A stretch of DNA of 64,000 nt. Source: Candidatus Zixiibacteriota bacterium. Lineage in GTDB: Bacteria; Desulfobacterota; Binatia; UBA9968. Both the position numbers and the translations under genes were made by a program. Where the stretch lies: NCBI GenBank assembly GCA_035574315.1, contig DATLYW010000015.1:20828-84827 (forward strand), in the 5' to 3' direction. A model generated the notes under the pieces. That model made no database searches and was not told the DNA's origin. It worked only from the letters and a program-made list of their open reading frames with translations. Shown here piece by piece: positions 56,053-64,000 of the stretch (position 1 is its first letter; each line of letters begins with the position of its first letter).

Positions 56053-57984
56053 TCATCCACCCAGGAGAACGCCTTTCGGCCAGTAGAGGTTTAGCAGCCA
56101 CGTCATGAGCTCGGCTACCCCGACCACCGCGGCGGTGTAGAGGAGGCCGTAGGTCCACTGCATCCCGGCCGCAAACCGGAGAAACAGAAAGGTAAAGAGC
56201 GCGGTGGCGACGCCGAAGCCGAAAAGCCAGATCGCGCCGAAAAACAGCAGAAGCGTGGCAAAGTAAACGACGGCGAGCCTGGTACGCCTGCGAATCTCGG
56301 GCTCCGCCGGCGGCCGCGTCGCCCGGAACTCCAGCACGAGCTGCGCCGCCGCCATCAAAACCGCCGGCGCCGTGGCCGCGATGGGGAAGATCGCGCCGAG
56401 GTCCGGGAACGAGCGCGCCTCGTAGAGCGCCGCGGCGAACAGCAGCAGCACAGAGGAGGTGAACAGGATGGAGGGGACTTTTCCGAGAACCACCACCCCT
56501 TCCGAGCTGTCCTCGCCGGACGCTTCTCCGCCGCCCTTGCTTCGTGCGATCCATGCCAGTGAAAGCAACAGCAGCACCCCGAGCGCGATCACTCCCGGGC
56601 GCCACAGCCAATCCATGTCGTAGCGACTGATCGAAAGCCAGAGGTACTGCTCGGTCGGTTTGGTCAGGACGAACCCCACCAGGAACGGAGCCCGCGGCCA
56701 GCCGAGCTGCTTCATGAGCCAGCCGAGAAAACCGAGGCTCAGCAGGGCGAAGATGTCGCCGAAGTGCTCCGAGCTCTGAAACGCGCCGAAGAAAATCGTC
56801 ACCACCACCGCCGGCGCCAGGCGCCGGAAAGGGATCCAGGTGAGGCGCGCCAGCGCGGGGCTGAGGAAGAGGCAAAGACCGGCGCCCATCGTGTTGGCCA
56901 GGGCGAAGCTCCAGATGATGGTGAAGATCAGGTCGAGATGCTCCTGAACCATACGCGGCCCGGGTTGGATGCCGTAGAAAAAAAGCGCTCCGAGCATGAT
57001 CGCCGCCGGGGCCCCCCCGGGAACGCTGAAGAGCAGCGTGGGAATGAAGTCCCCCGCTTCGACGGAGTTGTTCGCGCTTTCCGGACCGATGACGCCGCGG
57101 ATGTCCCCCTTGCCGAAGCGCTCCCGATCGCGCGCCATCGCGACCACGTGGCCATAGCTCATCCAGGACCCGGCGGTCGCCCCGATCCCCGGCAGAATCC
57201 CGGCCCACACGCCGATCAACGCCCCCCGCACCACGATCCCCCAATGCTCCAGGACGTCCCTTGCCCCTTGAAGCCAGCCGCGACCCAGCGGTATCCGCTC
57301 GGCGATCTGTCCCCCCTTGGTCAAAAGGTCTATGACCTCGGCGACGCCGAAGACTCCGAGCGCCACGGCGACCAGGGGAATTCCATCCATTAAATAGAGC
57401 TGATCGAAGGTGTAGCGATAGACGGCTTCCGCCGGGGCGGCGCCCACGCTTCCGAGCAGCAGGCCCAGGCAGGCGGCGAGCGCGCCTTTGAGCGGTTCGG
57501 CTCCGGTCAGGAATCCCGCGAAAGAGAGGCCGAGGACGCACAGCATCAACAGCTCCGGCGAGCCGAAGAGCAGCACCAGCGGGCGCGCGATCGGCAGCGA
57601 GAGCGTCAGGAAGACCGCACCGATCAGCCCGCCAATCAGCGACGAAAGGAAAGCGGCGCTCAGGGCCCGCGCCGCCTCCCCCTGCCTGGCCAGCGGGTGG
57701 CCGTCGAGAACGGTGGCCGCGGCGGCCGCCGAGCCGGGAGTACCGATGAGCACCGAGGTGATGGTGTCCGAGGTATGGACCACGGCGAGCGAGCCCACCA
57801 GGAGCACCATCGCCGAATGAACGTCCATCGTGTAGATGAAGGGCAGCAGGATCGCCACACAGGCGATCCCGCCCAGCCCCGGAAGGATGCCGATGACCGT
57901 CCCCGAGACGACGCCGGCAGCGAGCAAACCGAGATGAACCGGGTTGGAAAACTTCTCGAGGGCGGTGAGGGCGGCCTCCCACAT
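56053..57984 (-). CDS. tctA: TctA-family permease fused to a C-terminal TctB-like four-helix domain
   Basis: 643 aa. Residues ~1-495 are TctA (GILPGLGGIACVAILLPF..., GILPGIGATAGSWMSYGHV). Residues ~500-643 add 4 hydrophobic helices that end ...LLNLYWP, like the stand-alone TctB at 36550 (...KVLHVPWP). Confidence 0.85.
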   Translation of the reverse strand: MWEAALTALEKFSNPVHLGLLAAGVVSGTVIGILPGLGGIACVAILLPFIYTMDVHSAMVLLVGSLAVVHTSDTITSVLIGTPGSAAAAATVLDGHPLARQGEAARALSAAFLSSLIGGLIGAVFLTLSLPIARPLVLLFGSPELLMLCVLGLSFAGFLTGAEPLKGALAACLGLLLGSVGAAPAEAVYRYTFDQLYLMDGIPLVAVALGVFGVAEVIDLLTKGGQIAERIPLGRGWLQGARDVLEHWGIVVRGALIGVWAGILPGIGATAGSWMSYGHVVAMARDRERFGKGDIRGVIGPESANNSVEAGDFIPTLLFSVPGGAPAAIMLGALFFYGIQPGPRMVQEHLDLIFTIIWSFALANTMGAGLCLFLSPALARLTWIPFRRLAPAVVVTIFFGAFQSSEHFGDIFALLSLGFLGWLMKQLGWPRAPFLVGFVLTKPTEQYLWLSISRYDMDWLWRPGVIALGVLLLLSLAWIARSKGGGEASGEDSSEGVVVLGKVPSILFTSSVLLLFAAALYEARSFPDLGAIFPIAATAPAVLMAAAQLVLEFRATRPPAEPEIRRRTRLAVVYFATLLLFFGAIWLFGFGVATALFTFLFLRFAAGMQWTYGLLYTAAVVGVAELMTWLLNLYWPKGVLLGG

Positions 57985-58014
57985 GTGCTCGATTCCGCTC
58001 GAGTCCGGGACCGA

Positions 58015-59115
58015 TCAGTCGAACTTGACGCGGTACTTCTTGCTCGCCCAGTCTCTGACGAAGCGCTGCGTCTCGGGGTCGATCTGGAAAGCCTGCTGGA
58101 TCGTCTTTTCCAGCCGGTCGCCGCGCAGCAGCGGATAGCCGCCGAGCACCTTTTCCGTCTTGGCCTGGAATTCCTTGTCCCTGGCGAGCCGGTCGGCCGC
58201 TTCGTAGAAGGCCCGCAACGCCTCCGCCGGCGTGCCTCCTTTGAACCAGAGGATCTTCTGGACCGCGAACGCGGACGGCATGAAGACCTTGTAGGTTTCC
58301 CAGAATCTCCCCGAAGGTTTCTTGCCCTTGAGCTTCTCGTAGACCTCCGGCACCGTCGGCAGGTCGGGGACCGCCGGGTCGCGGACGATATTCCCGTTAT
58401 CGTCGAGCTGGCCGAAGCTCATCAGCGGGATCGCTTTTCCTTCCTTGATCAGCGGCACGACGGTGGCGTTGTACGCGGGCGTGGTCTGATAGTCGATGTT
58501 GGTCTCCCCGCGCTCGAAAGCGATCCGGGCCTCCCCCCGTCCCTTGAAGCCGAGCACTCCCTTTGCGTCGAGCTCCAGCAGCTCGAAGCTGATGAGCGGG
58601 ATCATGTCGAGGCCGATGGCGCTGATGCCCCCGTAGATCAGGTTCTTCGCCTTTGCGAGGTCTTCCACTCGTTTCACCCCTGTGGCCGGCGACGCGTAGA
58701 TGACGCCGCCGACCGGGTTGACGAGAGCGGGCTTCCACTGGCGAAAGTCGTATTTCGCCGCCTTGTCCCCCAGGAGAACCGGGAAATAATTGGTCGCCGA
58801 GCTGACCACCGCCATGTAGCCGTCCGCTTTCGCCTTCAGCGCGAACTCCATCATCCCTGGAATCCCGCGCCCGCCGCCGATGTTGCGAAAAGTGAACTTG
58901 GGGTTGCCGGGAATATTTTTTTCGAGATAGGGCGCGATGGTCCGGATCCAGACGTCGGTGCCGCCCGCGACCGGAAAGGGGATGATGACCTCGATGGTTT
59001 TCCCCTCGTAGTACGGAGCCGCGGCGCCGGCCGGTGCCCCGATGGCGAGCACCAGGGCGAGGACTCCGAGCCCCCTGCTCATTCGCGACAGTGTCACGGA
59101 AGAGATCGTCTTCAT
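58015..59115 (-). CDS. tctC: TctC/Bug-family substrate-binding protein
   Basis: Start at MKTISS. Signal peptide, then YEGKTIEVIIPFPVAGGTDVWIRT...FTFRNIGGGRGIPG. Confidence 0.85.
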   Translation of the reverse strand: MKTISSVTLSRMSRGLGVLALVLAIGAPAGAAAPYYEGKTIEVIIPFPVAGGTDVWIRTIAPYLEKNIPGNPKFTFRNIGGGRGIPGMMEFALKAKADGYMAVVSSATNYFPVLLGDKAAKYDFRQWKPALVNPVGGVIYASPATGVKRVEDLAKAKNLIYGGISAIGLDMIPLISFELLELDAKGVLGFKGRGEARIAFERGETNIDYQTTPAYNATVVPLIKEGKAIPLMSFGQLDDNGNIVRDPAVPDLPTVPEVYEKLKGKKPSGRFWETYKVFMPSAFAVQKILWFKGGTPAEALRAFYEAADRLARDKEFQAKTEKVLGGYPLLRGDRLEKTIQQAFQIDPETQRFVRDWASKKYRVKFD

Positions 59116-59158
59116 GAAGCCCCTCCCCAACTATTTGTATTTGAGTTCGTTGGCATAT

Positions 59159-59195
59159 AGTCGATGCGCGGCGGCGTTCCCGCCGCGCATCGACT
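59159..59195. repeat. perfect 16-bp inverted repeat with a 5-nt loop (AGTCGATGCGCGGCGG-CGTTC-CCGCCGCGCATCGACT)
   Basis: Read directly from the sequence. It sits 44 nt upstream of the tctC start (59115, minus strand), in the divergent intergenic region shared with the 59485 binding-protein gene. Confidence 0.9.
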
Positions 59196-59484
59196 GCTGG
59201 ACTCGACCTCCCAATGGACTGCCTGGCGCGTATCTCCGACCGCTGTCCGATCTTCGGTCAGTGCTTCTTCGCCAGACCGGAACCCGCAAACCTCAATGAG
59301 TTCCTTCTCCCATACTGTCTTAGCTCTTGATATGTCAAGGAGCAAAGGTTGCTGTGCTCCCGGCCCTTGAGGACGGAGGAATCAACCGTTGACGCGCGGC
59401 CCCCGGTGTAATAAACGGAAGCTCGTCGACGAACGGGCCGGAGGCGGTGAAGCCTTTCCGAGGAACCGGCCCGGGGGAGGCGCC

Positions 59485-60528
59485 ATGAAACGTAGCAAGC
59501 CATTTTCGACCCTGGCGACTGTGTCGAACGTGCTTCTTTGCGTTGCGCTCTTCGTGGCGGGCGCCCCCGCCTTCGCGCAGGAGAGCCGGCTCGCCGAGGC
59601 GCGCAAGGAAGGGAAGGTCGTCTGGTACACGGGCGCGGCCGCGATGACGGCCAGCCGCGTAGCGCAGCTTTTTGAGCAGGCCTATCCGGGAATCAAGGTC
59701 GAGGTGCAGCGCTCGGGCTCCGAGCGAATTTTCCAGCGGATCATGCAGGAAGCGTCGACCGGCATCAGGAATGCCGACGTCTTCAATTCCTCGGACGCCG
59801 GTCATTACGTGCTGCTCAAGAGAAAGGAGATGCTGGCCCGCTACGCTCCCGCCGGCGCCGAGCGCTTTCCCGAAGCGTTTCGCGATCCCGCCGGCATCGC
59901 CTTCGGCTGGCGCGCGTTCCTGATCGTTACGTCCTATAATTCCAAGCTCCTCCCCGCCGCCGAGGCGCCGAAGACCTGGAAGGATCTGCTCGACCCCAAG
60001 TGGAAGGGAAAGCTCGTGACCGCCCATCCTGGCTACAGCGGCGCGATCGCGACTTACATGCTGGCGCTGGTCAACCTCTACGGCTGGGACTATTTCAAGC
60101 GGCTCGCACAGAACAAACCGCATCTGACGCAATCGGTGCACGACCCCGCTCAGACCGTCGCGGCGGGAGAGCGTCTGGTCGGAGCCAACGGCGCGGAGTA
60201 TTTCCTGTATTCGCAGAGGAAAAAGGGCAACCCGCTCGGCATCGTCTACCCGCAGGACGGCGTTCCGCTGGTGATCTCCCCGTCGGCCATCACCGCGTTC
60301 TCGCCGCGGCCGGCGGCCGCGCGGTTGTTCACCGATTTCATCTTCAGCAAGGAAGTGCAGCAATTCCTCGCCGACCGGGAGGGGCTGTACGTGCCGCATC
60401 CCGAAGTCGTCTATCCCGCGGACAAGCCGAAGCTCTCGGAGCTGAAGCTCCTCCTGGTCGATCCGGAGGAGCTGGAGCGGCGCAACGAGGAGATCCGCAA
60501 GCGCTTCACGGAGTTCTTCGGCGCGTAA
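59485..60528 (+). CDS. ABC transporter substrate-binding protein, family 1 (FbpA/iron(III)-type fold)
   Basis: Start at MKRSKPFSTLATVSNVLLCVALFVAGAPAFAQE (signal peptide), then KVVWYTGAAAMTASRV... typical of extracellular solute-binding family 1. The upstream 32 codons of the track ORF were trimmed. Confidence 0.75.
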   Translation: MKRSKPFSTLATVSNVLLCVALFVAGAPAFAQESRLAEARKEGKVVWYTGAAAMTASRVAQLFEQAYPGIKVEVQRSGSERIFQRIMQEASTGIRNADVFNSSDAGHYVLLKRKEMLARYAPAGAERFPEAFRDPAGIAFGWRAFLIVTSYNSKLLPAAEAPKTWKDLLDPKWKGKLVTAHPGYSGAIATYMLALVNLYGWDYFKRLAQNKPHLTQSVHDPAQTVAAGERLVGANGAEYFLYSQRKKGNPLGIVYPQDGVPLVISPSAITAFSPRPAAARLFTDFIFSKEVQQFLADREGLYVPHPEVVYPADKPKLSELKLLLVDPEELERRNEEIRKRFTEFFGA

Positions 60529-60568
60529 CCGGGCGGATTCCGCGGGTTTCAAACGAACCGGAGGTTCG

Positions 60569-62260
60569 ATGGCTCGAGTCACGGGGGCTCATCTCGTCTG
60601 CAAGGCGTTGAAGCTCGAGGGCGTGAGAAACGTCTTCGGCCTGGCCGGGGATCATATCCTGCCGATCCTCGACGTCATGGCGGACCAGGACTTTCGCATC
60701 TTCGATACGCGCCACGAGCAGGCCGCGGTGCACATGGCGGACGCGTGGAGCCGCATCACCGAGCAACCCGGCGTCTGCCTCTACACCACGCCGGGCTTCG
60801 CCAACGCGATTCCCGGCCTCGCCAACTCGATGCACAACGAGTCCACGGTACTGTCGATCGCCGGGTGCGCCGACCGGCACGATCTCGGGCGGGGAGCCCA
60901 GCAGGAAATCGAGCAGGTCGCCATGGCCGCGCCGGTCACGAAAGGCGCTTTCATGGTCGACGACGCGCGCCGGATCCCCGAGTACATCGCCCGCGCCCTG
61001 CGGCTCGCCTTCTCCGGCCGGCGCGGCCCCGTCCATCTCACGATCCCCATCGATCTTCAGGAAAAAACGGTCGACGAGGACGAGGTGATCTTTACGCCGC
61101 CGGAGGCGTACCGGCCCCCAGCCCGCCCGCACGGCGATCCCGAGGCCGTGCGCCGGGCGATCGCCCTTTTGCGCCGGGCCGAAAGACCGATGGTGATCGC
61201 GGGCAGCGCCGCCGGTTACACGCTCTCCGGCGAGGCGCTTCAGCGATTCATCGAGACCACCCGCCTTCCGGTCTTCACCGAGGAGCAGGCGCGCGGGCTG
61301 ATCCCCGACGATCACCCGTACGCGTTCGGATTCTTCGAGCGCGGTTTGAATCGCGCCGCCGGGCGTCTGCGGGAGGCCGACACCGTTTTGTTGCTCGGTC
61401 GGAAACAGGATTTCACGATCGGCTTTTGCCGGCCGCCCAGCGTCGCCGCGGGCGCGCGCCTGATCCAGGTCGATCCCTCGCCGCTCGAGATCGGACGGAA
61501 CCGCGGCGTGGACGTGGGGATTTGCGGCGACGTGAGCGCGGTGCTGGCCCAGCTCACGAAAGAGGCCGAACGCGAACCGTGGAAGGAGCTTCCGTGGATC
61601 GAGGAGCTGCGCGCGACCCGTGCGGCGCAGACGAGATGGGCCGAAGACCTGGCCCGCCCGGAGCAGCCCATGCACGCGCTTTTCGTCCACAAGACGGTCC
61701 GGTCGCTTCTGGGTCCCGACGACTGCCTGGTCTTCGACGGCGGCGACTTCTGCCATTTCGGCCGCTCCTACCACCCGGCGCTCAAGCCGAAGCGGTGGCT
61801 TTACGTGTCGAGCCTCGGGATGCTGGGCTCTTCGCTTCCCACGGCGCTCGCCGCCAAGATCGCTTACCCGGACTCGCGGGTTTTCATGCTGACGGGCGAC
61901 GGGGCCTTCGGCTTCAACGGAATGGAGTTCGATACTGCGGTGCGCCACCGCCTCGACATCGTCGCCGTTCTCGGGAACGACGCCGCCTGGGGTATCGACC
62001 GGCAAATCCAGCTCGGCCTCTACGGCCGGCCGGTCGCCACTGAGCTCAGGCAGAGCCGCTACGACGAGCTGGCGCAGAGCCTCGGAGGATATGGCGAGTT
62101 CGTGGACCGCCCGGAGGATCTGGGCCCGGCGTTGCAGCGGGCGTTGGCCGCGGGACGGCCGGCGCTCGTCAACGTCGCCGTCCGGCGCGCGATCAGCCCG
62201 AGAGCCGAAGCCGCCATCGAACGGCGAAAGGCCGCGGCCGGCAAGGGCGCGCGGAGGTAG
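60569..62260 (+). CDS. thiamine-pyrophosphate-dependent enzyme (acetolactate-synthase-like)
   Basis: 563 aa. GGAGG ribosome-binding site. TPP N-terminal domain, central domain and C-terminal GDGAFGFN motif (the TPP-binding GDG...N). Confidence 0.85.
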   Translation: MARVTGAHLVCKALKLEGVRNVFGLAGDHILPILDVMADQDFRIFDTRHEQAAVHMADAWSRITEQPGVCLYTTPGFANAIPGLANSMHNESTVLSIAGCADRHDLGRGAQQEIEQVAMAAPVTKGAFMVDDARRIPEYIARALRLAFSGRRGPVHLTIPIDLQEKTVDEDEVIFTPPEAYRPPARPHGDPEAVRRAIALLRRAERPMVIAGSAAGYTLSGEALQRFIETTRLPVFTEEQARGLIPDDHPYAFGFFERGLNRAAGRLREADTVLLLGRKQDFTIGFCRPPSVAAGARLIQVDPSPLEIGRNRGVDVGICGDVSAVLAQLTKEAEREPWKELPWIEELRATRAAQTRWAEDLARPEQPMHALFVHKTVRSLLGPDDCLVFDGGDFCHFGRSYHPALKPKRWLYVSSLGMLGSSLPTALAAKIAYPDSRVFMLTGDGAFGFNGMEFDTAVRHRLDIVAVLGNDAAWGIDRQIQLGLYGRPVATELRQSRYDELAQSLGGYGEFVDRPEDLGPALQRALAAGRPALVNVAVRRAISPRAEAAIERRKAAAGKGARR

Positions 62261-62269
62261 TTTTCTCGA

Positions 62270-62629
62270 TCAGACCGGCGCCAGCGGCACCGAGACCTCG
62301 ACCTTGAGCGAAAACGTTCGCTCCTCGCTTCTCGAGAGCGCTCCCACGCCGACCGACTGCCGCGAAATCAGCCTTCCCGCCTCGTCGTGGACCTCGACCA
62401 GGATCGCGTACTCGAGCGCCTCCTGCTCGCCGTGGTGGCGGATCGTCCCCTGGACCGAAAGCGGGCAGGTTACGTGATACGGCTGCGGCGCGATCCCGCC
62501 GGGGGCGGCGAACCGCAAAGCGTGCTGGCAGATCGGGCAGGATACCGCGCTCTTGAGGATCGTCGCCTTGCAATGCGGACAGATCCGCGATTCGCCCGGA
62601 GCGGGCGCGCGGCTCGTCCTCGCCTTCAT
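62270..62629 (-). CDS. hypothetical zinc-ribbon protein
   Basis: 119 aa. N-terminal CPHCKATILKSAVSCPICQH (CxxC...CxxC). Its start overlaps the bactofilin stop by 4 nt. Confidence 0.5.
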   Translation of the reverse strand: MKARTSRAPAPGESRICPHCKATILKSAVSCPICQHALRFAAPGGIAPQPYHVTCPLSVQGTIRHHGEQEALEYAILVEVHDEAGRLISRQSVGVGALSRSEERTFSLKVEVSVPLAPV

Positions 62630-63126
62630 ACAACGGACGCGCTCTTCGCGGTCTCGTGAGATCGCATGCTCGGCGCGGCTTTCACGCTTTCGGATTCATT
62701 CCATCCGAACTCGACGTTGCCGCGCATCTTCGCGCCCGGGGCCACCGTCAACGTCTTTGCCTTGAGATCTCCGATCACCTGACCGCTCTCGAGCAGCTTC
62801 ACGTGGCCGCTCGCGACGACGTTCCCTTCCAGTTCTCCCTCGATGGTGACCGTCTCGGCGTTGATCTTTGCGGTGAGATGGGCGCCCTTTTCGATGTTGA
62901 GGTCGCCTTTGATATGGATGTCGCCTTTGAACCTGCCGGCGATGCGGACGTCGGCGTCACCCTCGATCTTCCCTTCGATGGTCACTCCAGGGCCGAACAC
63001 CGATTCCTGCCGGCTCCTGAGCGGGCTTTCCCTGCGGGACGCCACGGCCATCGGAGTCACGCGCGCGGGCTCCTGCTCCGGGACCTCGCCTTGCTCGTTC
63101 TGCATCGAGTCTTTCCAAAGCGCCAT
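62626..63126 (-). CDS. bactofilin-family cytoskeletal protein
   Basis: 166 aa. A beta-helical bactofilin repeat region (FGPGVTIEGKIEGDADVRIAGRFKGDIHIKGDLNIEKGAHLTAKINAETVTIEGELEGNVVASGHVKL...) with disordered termini. Confidence 0.8.
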   Translation of the reverse strand: MALWKDSMQNEQGEVPEQEPARVTPMAVASRRESPLRSRQESVFGPGVTIEGKIEGDADVRIAGRFKGDIHIKGDLNIEKGAHLTAKINAETVTIEGELEGNVVASGHVKLLESGQVIGDLKAKTLTVAPGAKMRGNVEFGWNESESVKAAPSMRSHETAKSASVV

Positions 63127-63620
63127 AGGACCTCCCTCCTGGAACGGTTACGGGCCGCAAAGCCCCGTCGAACGGAAAATCGAGCGATGCCGCTGGTGGG
63201 CGAGAGCAAAGGAGGTGCCATCCGGACTGAGCTGGCCTTCGCGACCCGGCGCCAAGGCCGCTCCGGCACGACTCATCATCGGGCGCGTCGAGATTGTTGC
63301 CGCTTCCCCGCAGCGCCGCTCGCAGGGAGACAAAAATCGAACCGGACCGCGGAAGCCCGCCGCAAGAGCGGCTGTTCAAATTTGTCGTTTTCGGAGAAAG
63401 TTGTACATCGGCAGTTAGTTTCTGGTCGCGGTATCTGGCTTCCGGTTTCTTACAGTGAACCGTTGAGCCTGGAACCATTGCACTGCTGCACTGCCCGACG
63501 CGGAAAAGTCTCGGCCGAACAACTCCGCATCCAGGCCGCTCCGGCGGGTCCCGGCGCCGCTTGCGCAAGCCACGGCGCCCGCCGTATAAGCAGCTGTCGC
63601 CACGCGAACGGGAGGGCCCG

Positions 63621-64000
63621 ATGAGCGCCAACACCCTTTACCGAATCGGCCTGCTGCTTCTTGCCGCCAGCACGCTGCCGGCTCGCTTTGCCGCCGCGCA
63701 GAGCGCGCCGTTCTACCAGGGCAAGACCATTCGCATCGTCGTCGGCTTCACCCCGGGCGGCCTTTACGACCAGTACGCCCGCATTCTTGCCCGGAACATG
63801 CCCAAGCACATTCCAGGAGCACCCGCCGCGCTCGTGCAGAACATGCCCGGGGCGGGCTCGCTGACGGCGATGAACTACGTCTACAACGTCGCCAAGCCGG
63901 ACGGGCTGACGCTGGCCATGGTGGGAAGCGGGATCTACCTCGACCAGCTCCTCGGGCGAAGCGAGGTCCAGTTCGACATGAGCAAGATCAACTACGTCGG
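63621..64000 (+). CDS. TctC/Bug-family substrate-binding protein, 3' end cut by the window edge
   Basis: Starts at ATG 63621. Signal peptide, then YQGKTIRIVVGFTPGGLYDQYARIL...LVQNMPGAGSLTAMN. It continues past the window end. Confidence 0.8.
   Translation, partial: MSANTLYRIGLLLLAASTLPARFAAAQSAPFYQGKTIRIVVGFTPGGLYDQYARILARNMPKHIPGAPAALVQNMPGAGSLTAMNYVYNVAKPDGLTLAMVGSGIYLDQLLGRSEVQFDMSKINYV

Noticed and set aside
55983-56060. Longer start for tcuA at 56060 (MDEIGRKRFGAPRLGREAAPFSVDAR...)
   Set aside because: It would overlap the upstream TctA-TctB gene by 8 nt and adds an Arg-rich, non-conserved-looking N-terminus. The FAD-binding GxGxxG site begins right after the 55982 or 55976 start.
1-64000. 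Search for tRNA, rRNA, CRISPR arrays, integrases, transposases and toxin-antitoxin pairs
   Set aside because: None is visible: no repeat-spacer periodicity, no integrase or transposase motifs, and no cloverleaf-like conserved tRNA boxes noticed by eye. A tRNAscan or Infernal run would be needed to fully exclude small RNAs.

Overview
This 64 kb window is a very GC-rich (roughly 68-70%) bacterial chromosomal segment, densely coded on both strands. I found no rRNA, tRNA, CRISPR array, integrase or transposase. Because of the GC content every frame has long open stretches, so I called genes only where the translated protein shows recognisable family motifs, signal peptides, or a ribosome-binding site with tight operon spacing. 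The many long antisense or alternate-frame ORFs in the track (for example 1834..4500, 4043..6439, 29675..31840, 42911..45541, 47690..50956 upstream of 48746) are treated as artefacts.

The content looks like a catabolic and transport accessory region:
- Six TctC/Bug-type substrate-binding genes, two TctA permeases (one fused to a TctB-like domain), and one stand-alone TctB, all from the tripartite tricarboxylate transporter (TTT) family.
- Five NMT1/SsuA-like binding-protein genes.
- Three MmgE/PrpD paralogs and four MFS transporters.
- Aromatic ring-cleavage enzymes: a Tat-signal intradiol dioxygenase, a LigB-type extradiol dioxygenase, a two-domain VOC protein, 3-hydroxyanthranilate 3,4-dioxygenase, and an ACMSD-like amidohydrolase.
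- A hydantoinase A/B pair in which the B subunit carries a fused acetone-carboxylase-gamma-like zinc ribbon.
- A tricarballylate-dehydrogenase-like tcuA-tcuB pair embedded in a TTT transporter operon.
- Housekeeping-type genes: RadC (cut by the window edge), an M23 peptidase, a Sir2/CobB deacylase, two secreted FKBP isomerases, bactofilin, CBS and ACT domain proteins.

I found no defence system, prophage or CRISPR locus. The most unusual items are:
- The HyuB-AcxC-like fusion.
- The TctA-TctB fusion placed next to TcuA and TcuB.
- A 3-hydroxyanthranilate dioxygenase / unrecognised ferritin-like protein / TPM-domain protein cluster.
- A perfect 16-bp inverted repeat in a divergent TTT promoter region.
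- A bactofilin / zinc-ribbon overlapping gene pair.
- A His-rich, charged-repeat secreted protein.

All family assignments come from reading motifs by eye. No database search was run.
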